From Bugula neritina (taxonomy: Eukaryota > Animalia > Bryozoa): a DNA stretch of 64,000 bases. Made by a program: the position numbers and the translations under genes. This document shows, one piece after another, positions 1 to 10,788 of the stretch (within the stretch, counting starts at the first letter, position 1; each line of letters opens with the position of its first letter). The DNA lies in NCBI GenBank assembly GCA_964035545.1, contig OZ037765.1, forward strand, positions 18,414,995 through 18,478,994. The letters are read 5' to 3'. The notes beneath the pieces were generated by a model. It worked only from the letters and a program-made list of their open reading frames with translations, had not been told where the DNA came from and made no database searches.

Positions 1-202
1 AAAATTACATAATTTTACACACAACATACTACATTCTTATTGGATTAATGCATTTATAGTTCATACAATAGCTGTGAAGTGGGTATAATATAGTTTTTGC
101 AGCCAATGTAATTAGTTTACATTAGAACTGTGCCTGTAAAAAGCATGTCAATTAAAGTTACCTTGCTGACATGTAAAAATAATAATGAAGTAGTTAACTA
201 AC

Positions 203-3200
203 CTGACTCAAACCAACGTAAGTCAACTCAAACTTGTTTTTGTAAGTCTGTTTCCTGAGGGCACAGTCAAACAGCTCAACACCACCACACAGGGTACCGG
301 CCACCAACTTGGAGCCATCTCTCTTCCAACAAAGAGAGGTTATTGTGTATAAGTTAGGAATGTCTTTCGACTTCCCCTCATCCCACATAGCCTTCCTAGG
401 ACTCCAGTTCAGCACTCGTAATCTACACAAATCACAACTCAAGTTCAACTATCAACATGTGAATTAAATGAAAAATGAAAAAGTGAAATCTGCAAGCCAT
501 CATCTCTTCATTTTAGTTGGGCCAAAAAACATAAACTATAACACAAATATAAGACTTACCGCAAAGAAAATATCACAATTATATACTTATATTCAGTTAT
601 TCAGGCATCTAAAAGTTGCTTATTTCATTCTAATAGTTTAACTCGAGATATTTAAAGTTCACTGATACCTGTCATAGCTTCCTAGGACTACAGACTGGCC
701 GCTAGGGCTACAAATGGCAACAGTAAACTCATGCTCATCATTATCACGGCTGTAGTCAAACTGCTGAATGATGCGGCCATCTTGTCTGCCATATGCTAGA
801 ATTCGTTTGTCACACCCAGCTGCTACGACAGAGTTGTTACACCAAGCGATGGCATAAGGAGGGCAGGAATGCTGGGCAAACTTTCCCTAAACAATATTAT
901 TAAACTGACATATTGAGCAATGCAATGATAAAAGATTGACCATGCATTCAGCTCTCTGCCTGATATAACATACTTGAATTTTCTATTGAAATCTATATAA
1001 GAACTTAAATTATGGAGCCTCGTAGAAACATTTTTGTTGAAAAAATAAATGACATGGTCAAAGAATGTGCCTGTTTTTGCTTCTTTTATGTAAGATTTTA
1101 AGACTTGATTGCAAATTGTTATAATTATATACAACGAACAATTAGTCAAATTACTCACATTGCTATCACCCTGGCCTTCATCCTCAAAATTGTATTTGAT
1201 GATAGCTCCATCTGCATGTCCAACAATAACGGCTTTTCCAGAAGGACTGCAAATAAATTGTGATTTTTCTATTAGATGATCTACATCTCATATTAAATAT
1301 TAGATAATTTTACCTAGTTCAAACAAAGCAGCCATAAAAATAAAAATTTTAAGCACCAAAAACTAATCCAAATTCAAGAAGTAATTAAATATCAAACACA
1401 ACTAATGATAGCTGAACTGATTGCAGAAACTAAATGACAAAAACTTACTGAAAATTGTACTATTAAAATGAACAAAATAAAGGTGTCCCTCTTAGCCTAG
1501 GGCCACACTGTGCGTATTTTCGCATGCGAAAATTGAAATCACAAGTAGCAAAGGTGTCCACTGTACGCGCTAAGAAAACATTCACACTTGTCGCTCAGCA
1601 TTCTCAACGCAAGTGCGAATCGTCTCTGTCGTCGTCACCTAATTGGCTGGTAGTTATTTAGCGAGCCCAATTTCTTTATTTTAGTGCTACATTCCAGTAA
1701 ATTGCGTTCTATTGAAAGCGAGTGCAATTTAAAAATGAAAGCTTTATTTATCACGCATCACTGAAGCTACAGTGGACACCTTTGCTACTTGTGGTTTCAA
1801 TTTTCGCACGCGAAAATACGCACAGTGTGGCCCTAGGCTTACTTACCTTGGTGCAAGGGATACAACATATGAATTGCCACTGTACACTTGACTTGACTTG
1901 TTTGTTTTAGGATTAGCCACTCTTACTTTGCCATCAGCTTGTCCATAGACTATTTGATCGCCAGGCAACCACACCATGCAAGTGCAAGCACTGTTCATCT
2001 GGAACTTGTTAACGATACTTTTCTTATCGTTCCTGACACAGAAATAAAAAACTTTGTTAATACTTGCATTATTTCAACAATCAAAATAAGATAATGAATC
2101 ACAATAATGTTTATAAAAAGAAATAAAATAGATATGATGGCATTTTTCAGCTATATTGCAAAAACCTATGGCGAAAGTTTTACAACATTTCTTGGTGATT
2201 AACATCACATTTTTTAGTATAAACTAAAACAAATTCAAAGTCAGCTACTTTTGTGAAATTAAAACTGCTGCTGATTCTGTGGATAACATATTTTACAATT
2301 TACTATAGTTACATGTATGGTTATTCCCATGGTAACATAGCATATTTGTGAAAGCTAATTAACAAGACAAACATATAATTAGAAGTTAATTTAAAATTTA
2401 CATACTAACCACTCATCACCAATTTTATAGATGAATATGATGTTATCAGTCTGTCCAATAGCAATTCGTGTTGAATCTGGAGAAAATGCAATTGCTTTTA
2501 CAATATAACTTTTTTTCCCATATTTTGAATCCACAGGTTTTGTTGAAAACTTGTCTCTTTTTTCGCCCTGCTCATCGAAGAGTACAATCACTCGATCACT
2601 AGTAGCTACAGCAAGCTTTTTGTTATTTGGTGACCATGACATTGCAGTAATCTTTGCTTCTCCTTCCTTTAAAAAGATGTAAAAAGCTAATTACAAAAAT
2701 AGTATATATAGTACCACTCAGCTAACTATTTTAGACTTCAAATTATTTTATTATAGCATGTGCAATTAAAACATATAATACAGCTATTTATTATAGTTAG
2801 CACTACCAAATAAAAATTAGTATAAAAAATTTTCAGGCTTACAAAGGATACTTAATAACCATAAGAATACATTTTATATTAATAATTACAAATATTACAT
2901 TTTTTAATTTTACAATTCTTTGTGCAAAAAAATGAAAAGTTTCAAAGCTGCCAATATTTATATATACCAACTGTCATGCTTACTGAAATTTTAAGTTTAG
3001 TGCAGACAAACGTCAAACTTGGGTAAATAATTTTGGTATTAATGTGATATTTAATATGAGTTGTCAAAGGTAGTTTTTAGTTAGCTTTTTTATCATATTT
3101 TAATATAGCAGATATAACAAAGCTACTCAATGATGGCTAACTTTGCCACTTGAGTATACTTTCAAAAACATAAGTTTATGATTTAGTTATTAGAGTGAGC

Positions 3201-3841
3201 ATCATCAATATCTACTTAAAGTTACATATTTAAATTTGTAAACAAAAATACACACATGCGCACACAACAAATACCAAAGACAATCTAGTTTACCAGCTCA
3301 ATTTTCAATATTGCTAACATTTGGCTTTAACTCAGTTTACTTAATCATAAGGTTAATTTGCTACTTCTTTCCCTATAGTTATTAATTTTCATTTGTTGAT
3401 TCTAGATTCAACTTACTTTGAGTTTCAGTATAAGATTTAATCATATCATCATAATTATAAATTTGTATGATTTAGTAATTATTTTAATATTTTATAGCGT
3501 TTTAATGTTAGAATATTTTATTTCTAGCTTAATACAGTCTAAAAGTATTAACTTAAAATAAGTAGGCCTAATTAGTAATTAGAAATCCAAATTAGCTTTT
3601 AGACCAACATGTCACATTCACCAAAACATCAATCATTAAAGAGTGTGATCATTTAGAAATAATGATAGTTATTTTAATGGTAACATTGGCAGTGACTGTA
3701 GGTGTAATACTAATACTATTAGTAATACTAATAGTAATACTTATACAGTATCAGTATGAGTAATACTAATTAGTAATTAGTAAGAATTAAGAAATCAGGT
3801 ACCTGAGGAGGAATCCAAGTACCTATATGCTTCAACTGCAT
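203..3841 (-). CDS. IFT172: Intraflagellar transport protein 172, first six coding exons (gene continues off the left edge)
   Basis: Exons 3841-3803 ([13 protein letters not shown]), 2666-2410, 2032-1847, 1246-1159, 886-669 and 422-203, all GT-AG and phase-compatible. Peptides such as [47 protein letters not shown] and [31 protein letters not shown] match the IFT172 N-terminal WD40 region. Confidence 0.96.
1495..1838. mobile_element. MITE, PIF/Harbinger (Tourist)-like, in IFT172 intron 3
   Basis: 71-bp terminal inverted repeats (GCCTAGGGCCACACTGTGCG...) with 2 mismatches. TTA is duplicated on both sides (1492-1494, 1839-1841). No coding capacity. Confidence 0.88.
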
Positions 3842-5480
3842 TTTGGTTTCTTTCTGAGTTGAGTCTTCTGTTTATATTCAACACTTTTTTTCAATTTTGC
3901 CAATATCGCAGCACGTTCAAATCTGTAGATATTCAGCATAAGTCTAAAAAAGGAATTTTCATATTCAGTTGAAAAAATGTAAGCATCATGTTCCTAAGGA
4001 ATGCAGTAACTGGGTAGATATAAAAGTAATACTTATATTTTAAAAGTTGAAAATTTTAAAATGTTTTTGTAATATAAACAAATTAAATTATATATTAAGT
4101 ACAAATTCAATTTTTTTTGCATTTTTAAGAATAAAAATTAAAGTTTAAGTTGCGTAACTACAAAAAGTATATCTCAATTTCATTTTAGGGGGCAACTCCT
4201 TGGCTATTTTGATCGCTAGCAAATACTCACTAATATTCAAATAATATATCTATCTCTGGTTATAATAATTATAGCATAGCATTATTACTCTGTGATCCTG
4301 CCTTTCAAAGTTATCTCCCTCCCCAATTGCTCAAGTAATTCCAAAATTGTCAATTTCCGGTATTTTAATTTAAATTCTCGAACTAATACTAAAAGTAGTT
4401 ACTAGTAGTAGTTGGTGTCACTGCAACTATCACTATGGTTATGAATCAAAGCGAAAATTACTAAATAATATTAGGGCACAATCTTGACTTTTTTTTTGGT
4501 AGTTGTAAACTGACCTCTCTACCATTGTTAGTATTACCATACTGATACAGATTGAGTTATTGACACTGTGACTAACACTGACGGTGATTGTCATTGTGAA
4601 AGTGAATCTGAATGATTGAGATACACTAACTCTAAGAGTAACTGTAAGACTAAGTCTAACAGTAACACTAACTGCTAAGTCTACCATTAACTTTGAGTGA
4701 CTAACACTAACAGTAACTTACTAGACACTAAGAGTAAGTTCTAACATTTAGAGTTAAACTAAAACTTACTCTTAGTCACTTACTCCAGACTCTTACCCTT
4801 ACGGCCTTAGGCCTTAAAGTTAGTCTTACACTTAGACTTACAGTTCCAGTTTAGTTGCTGTTGCTGTTAGTGTTACTGTTACCCTCTTGAAAGATTTGAC
4901 ATGGTTTATTGGCTATGCTAATACTTATAGTTATACTACTACTAGTGCTACAGTATTAGTAATACTAATAGTAATAGTAAATTAAAATATAAACCTTTGA
5001 ATGTCAAACTCAATGTGCTACTGCTATAAGTATAAGTATATCTGTGTTGATTTATGCTAATTTTTGAACTATGACTTAAAGTTAATGACATTTGTCTCAG
5101 ACTCATGTAAATACTCATACTGATACTCAATCTCATACTGAATAGCCAAATTAGGGCCCAACATTAACGAAGAAGAAAGAATCTGACATTAAATTCAATC
5201 TCAACGTAAGTTACTATCTCTTAGTATTTGTATGAAGGCTTGAAAAGTAGGTTCCTTAAAAAACGGTTTTATTATAGAATTGTAATTTAAATTGATACAA
5301 CCCATAACATATAATTATATTAGTATTATACATTAGCATTATTATTATATATATCTTTATCATTAAATTAAATACTAATACTAATAGTAATACTATTACT
5401 TATACTTCAAGTTATACTGTTATACTTATAGCAAAACTTATACTAGTAGTAATAACTAATAACTAATCTTAATGATAGTT
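3690..5480. repeat. Degenerate 3/6-bp-periodic AGT/ACT tracts around the IFT172/PKI divergent 5' ends
   Basis: Patches at about 3690-3790, 4380-4440, 4525-5140 and 5310-5480, e.g. AGTAACACTAAC, ACTCATACTGATACTCAATCTCATACT. Spurious ORFs here translate as alternating S/T-hydrophobic residues. Boundaries are approximate. Confidence 0.7.
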
Positions 5481-6325
5481 TAGGATAAAAGTTATATTTT
5501 ACAATTTTTCTGCCCATTCTGTTTCCTGATTCTTAAGGCTGGTGGTGATAGCTATTAGAATGCCACTATCAGTACATGGTAACTATTAAGTTTACAGACT
5601 ATGAATTAGTTTAGATTTTCATTATTTTCATGTTTATAATAGATTGGTAATACATCTACAGTATTGAATATTATGTTTAATACGTAAGCCTTCCTTAGTA
5701 AAATTTAATCTTAATTAGAAATAACATAAGCATATATAGGTTCAAATCCTCAGCCTACTGGTAGAAATTTATTAGATTTACTTTAGATTAGAGAAGGAAG
5801 TGAGAGCTACCCCAATGAATCTAGTAGATGCTGCTTCAAGGCCACCTTGAATTTGATTTTATTGCATATTTGGCTCGTATATTAGGTAGGGTCTTCCAGG
5901 TGCTCAAAATCTAGTAGGCTGTCTGTGATTAATTGAATTCGTTGATTTATGCAATATTGAAGACAATATGGTTTTACTGGTGTGCTAAGTGGAGATTTTT
6001 ATTCTAAGATTTGATGTCTTATTATTAACTAATAAATATTCTAGGAGTATATAGTTCTTTGAAGTGTAGAATTTTCAATAGTTGAAACTTGGTTCTCGTG
6101 ACACATATTTTTTGACAGTCTGATTTTGTTTTAAATTCATTATGTATGTGAATATAAATTATTATAACTATTGGCATCATTGTAACTAGCCAATACTAGC
6201 CATGAACACAAATAACTTGAGGTAAAGTGAAAGTGTGCAGTAGTATTAATAATGAGTAATAGCAATAATTCTCATGCAACAAATGAATTGCCAAATGTTC
6301 AGATATGCTGCATGCTATTGTAATG

Positions 6326-6777
6326 GGTGTCATCCCAGATAGCCGCTTCCCAGTTTGACGCTATTTATTTATTTTGGTACAATATATATTTTATGCGCGA
6401 TTTATTTGAGTATTATTGAAATATATGTATATTTAAATAAGCTTGGATCAATTGTTTGCTATTTAGCACATAAATAAATTCCTTTGATCTGCATTAACTT
6501 ATTAATTTGGCATATTCTATACTTCTTGTTGTTTGAACAAAATATTTCTGTAATAAGTATTCATTAAAAATAATGTCTATTATTAATGTATTACTGTTTT
6601 TTGCCCCACACAAGTCCGTGAAAAGTGGGCTATTGTTCCAGATACTTTATATTAACTATTATAGCTATAATTAGCATATTAGCTATTTAGCAATCAATAC
6701 AACGGTTATATACATTATTATGGTACCAAAATAAAAAAATAGCATCTAACTGGGAAGCGTCTATCTGGGATGAAACC
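6326..6777. mobile_element. MITE with 8-bp TSD (Merlin- or hAT-type non-autonomous DNA transposon)
   Basis: About 55-bp imperfect TIRs (GGTGTCATCCCAGATAGCCGCTTCCCAG... / ...CTGGGAAGCGTCTATCTGGGATGAAACC) flanked by the exact direct repeat TTGTAATG (6318-6325, 6778-6785). Confidence 0.85.
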
Positions 6778-7869
6778 TTGTAATGTCCATTCAGGGAGGG
6801 GAAGAGGGTGGGTTACAATATGGTGCAGCCATATCTTGTAGGTTATATTTTGTTAAAACAAGATGATCAGACTCACAGAATTTCAAATGTTCTAAAGCAT
6901 CACGTAGGTCATAGGTAAGCAACTTGTCAAAAAAATAACGAAATGTCTTCATAACTCTATGCAGATCATACAAATATTATGCTTTTATTCAGGGACTAAA
7001 AACAAACGTAAGATAAATGCAGTAAGGCCAAAATTTTAATTGCTAATCCACATTTTTGTGAGCAGAATAAGCATTTGTTATAAGGTGATGGCTTTCTAGA
7101 TTTAGTTTGTTGAATAAAACTTATTATAGATACATTTACAAAGGTGTAGTTGCTGGACAATGCTTTGAAAATGAGCAAACTAAATAATGATTTTATACTC
7201 TGTTGTCTGAATTTTAAGTTTAAGTTTTGAAAGTTGAACACAGTGATGTAATTATTACTCTATTATCTTGCTTTAATTGGTGACTAAGTAAAACCAATAA
7301 ATTCTGTAACTGTTCAAATTGAAGCACTGCTGCATCAACTATGCCAAACAGTTCGCTTTGGCACCTACAAGTGGCAATAGCAAATTGTTTTTATGCAGTT
7401 TATTTTTAGTTAGCCATCGTTTATTTTTGCTTTTCTTGGAGCATAAATTGTTTTCTTGATGTGTAGACAATGCTAGCATTTTTTGCTAGAGTGTATGCCT
7501 TGACTCTATTTTCGAAATCTGTCAGAATTACCTTTGAAGACATAGAACACTTGGAAACACTCAGGGTTATAGAAGTGCCTCATTTGTTTTACTGTGTGGA
7601 CTACAGGTTAGGTGGCAATTGTGTTGATTTTTTAATGCTTTTTTATATGTGGACCCTCTTGTTTTTAGCCTGTGGCTAGTATGAAAAAATGTTAGGTGTT
7701 TTTAGCTAATTTTTATTGACAAAATAGGTTTAAGTAAATACTAAATACGTTGTTGAAATTGTGGAGTATACATACATGTATAAGCCAACTCTTGCCAATA
7801 AATAACCTGGTAGTAGGATATTAGGTATTATGAATCTCACCATCGTAGAAGATTACTGTACATTAAGCA

Positions 7870-8142
7870 ATTGGAGCCAATAGACAATCAGAATTGATTG
7901 ACGTACTAGCCTTTTCAGAAACGTAAAAAAGGTGCAGTCAATGAGAACGCATAACTTGTTATTTGCGTCATACATGGATGAGCTCATGCCTATTGGTCAT
8001 TTTTCGAAAAATTAAGACACAAGTTGCTATATAAGTATTATAGATGTTGTGCACTCTTTCACTTTGCTTTCTAAGAGCTGGTAGACCACTTTATTCTGTT
8101 GACTTTTACCAATTGAAAAATGCTGTTAGACTTGATGTAAGT
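7870..8142 (+). promoter_or_regulatory. Candidate TATA/Inr promoter and first exon of PKI with CCAAT and CRE-like sites
   Basis: ATTGG 7870, CCAAT 7877, TGACGTA 7899, TTGCGTCA 7963, ATTGG 7992, TATATAA 8028, Inr-like TCACTT 8059-8064, donor GTAAGT 8137. Confidence 0.5.
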
Positions 8143-8850
8143 AAAGCCTTAATATTTAGCTTATGGTGTGCCTACATTTTTGTAGTAAAAGGTTATGTAA
8201 TTATTGACATTCCCACGAGGTTTTTTTACTGCATTGTGTTGCTAAGTTAGATTTACCACCGGCATACAGCTTTTAGGTTGTTACTAGAGACTAATATCGC
8301 GGCAATACTCTACACGCTGTATTATTTATCTTGCTCCATGGTATTACTGAGTAGTAGTTGTATTGATTGGCTGCATTATGCGGTCACAAGATCATTAGCT
8401 TAGCCATTATAATTATTATAACTGGCTAGTTGATTACTCGCGTTATGGCTTTCGGTGCACTCAGACTTTAATTAGCATCTTCTGCTATAACTTGAGCTCA
8501 TTTCTTTCAATCTCGTTACATTCGCATAATATTTTATTGTACGTTAAGTAGCATAAGAGTAAATTATCCCACGGTGAGTAGTAGGAATTGGTATAGTAGT
8601 GAAGCTCTCTTACAACGTAACAACCTTCAATCTTATAAGACTGAATTTTTATATGCATATTTTGAAAAACTTGAATTACCTTATTCTAAAGCCAAATCAG
8701 GTAGTGCTAAACTTTTCACCTATACAATTTCTTAGTGGTAGTAGGCTCATTATTGTTATGAATGTTATTACTATAATATCGCTATTCATCTAATTGTTCC
8801 CATGACATTTCTGTTGTAGACAAGGCAGTCAGCCATCTCGACTATGTGAC

Positions 8851-9678
8851 ATGTCTAATCATGATGTAGAAACTGGAAAACTTGTAGAAGAATTTGCCAA
8901 AGCAGGGCGCACAGGAAGAAGAAATGCATTGCCAGATGTACTTAGCTTGGCACATGCTTCATGTGGTACTGAAGATCTGACTCAGGCGTTACAGCAGCTA
9001 CAGACTACATCTACTAGTATGTTAGAATATTATATCCGTACCCTAGCACTGCATAGTACACATAACCTGCATAAGCCTCTGAAGTCCAAGTGGCACCTAC
9101 CTGTTAAAAACATGCATAATGAATGTAATTTTTAACAATCCTAGCTGGGAAATATTATTTTTGATTTTCTTTTCTCCACAATACCTAAAGTTTATAGACT
9201 AAAGATATTTTTTATTTGAGAGCAAATAGTTATGAGTCTTTATGTGCCGTGGATTCATTGTAAATTATGTTGTTCTATATTAACATTTAAAACTCATTAT
9301 GACAACTTCTCACATCGAAAATTTAATAGCTTTTATCACCTGCTTAGGTAACAATCAATATCATTCTTTGAAGTTTATTTCTGCTGCCTTGAAATTCAAA
9401 TAGTGTCATGTATTCCAAATATATTAATTTCTATTATTGATAATCTATAATTAGCTGAATGTTTCGCCATTTGTGTAGAATGCAAGTTATCCGAAAGTAG
9501 GGTGATGAATTTATAAATTGATCCGAGCGAAATTGGATTCACAGAGTAACACATTCATACCTATTATGCACTAAGTATATCCCAGGTCTATTTGCATTGA
9601 TATGTTGTAGATTCTGGAGCTACAGGTACCAACATTCCAGTACAGGGTGCTGCTGAGTCAGGGCAAGCAAAGAAATGA
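8851..9678 (+). CDS. PKI: cAMP-dependent protein kinase inhibitor (PKI family), 77 aa
   Basis: Coding segments 8851-9016 and 9611-9678 (acceptor AG at 8818-8819). Pseudosubstrate motif EEFAKAGRTGRRNAL with Phe at P-11, followed by an NES-like LTQALQQL. Confidence 0.92.
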
Positions 9679-10788
9679 TAATACTGCATCAAGTTAACCA
9701 GAAAGTTTGGAAGTAGGAGGCTGATAATCTACTTAGGTGTATTATGTGCATACATTCATGTACTTGTAATACACATTTGTTTTGTTATGCTAGTCAGAAA
9801 ATCTTGTAAACCCAAATTTCAATATTTGGCTGTTTATTCTAAGTCATTTTTATTTTCACCGACATAATTTCCTTCCTACACTCTGTTACTGGTGATTTCA
9901 TTTGCTCAAAGTCACTACAGACACCTCCAGTTCTGTAATCACAATCATGTATCAATCCTGTGAAGCAGTGATGCCTAATTGATTGGCCCATTCTAGCATA
10001 TGTCGTAATTATTACATTAATTATATATATATTTGATGAAAATGCAGCATGCATGCAGCTGTACTGTAAATATTGTAAATAATATTATTTATTAAAGCAT
10101 TTTTGTACTGTGTTTTACTAGCTATTGCTTCTTGTTTATATATTGTCAATTCTATGCAATAAAATGTTAGTCAAGCTAAATAAATTAAGTACAGGCTGTG
10201 TAGCTGCTTTAGAGGGATTTGTAAGGCTACAGCCACATCTACCCCAAAGTGTCGCCTAACCTAGGTCACATGCAGGCACTTGCAGGAACTTACTATCTCA
10301 CCTGGAAGGATTAAAGCAATCTGTTAACGTTGAGACATGTTCCAAGATAATCTTGCTTAATTTATCAAAAACCATTGTTGATCTTAGAAAAAAACTGAAA
10401 AAGATTACAAGAAAACCAGTTTTTGCCCCGACAAGATTTTCTCTGAAGCTTATCTCTTGACTTGAAAGTTGCTAAACTCAAACACTTGAAATTATAATCA
10501 GTCATGTGAAAAAAATTTATTAAAATAGTCATGGAAATACACATCACAAGATATGGTTATATTAAGTTATTTTAGACAAGATTCTTTTACCAGCAACAAC
10601 TATGAGTTATTACTGTGCCAATATAAAACGGATTATTTTGCTGATTGAGTTATTATTTACACTATCTACATACAATAATACCCGAAGGGCAAGATCCTTA
10701 CAAGTGTTGAGCTAAAAATATAGCATATTAATTGCAATTTTTAGTCTAATAGCTACTCTATCTGAGTAGCAAATTAGTATGTAGTTCA

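Noticed and set aside
4439-5136. Short ORFs with alternating Ser/Thr-hydrophobic residues (also 15711-15902)
   Set aside because: By-products of the 3/6-bp periodic non-coding tracts, with no family resemblance.
9479-9516. Alternative PKI terminal exon (KCKLSESRVMNL*)
   Set aside because: An AG and a short open frame exist, but there is no other support; easily chance.
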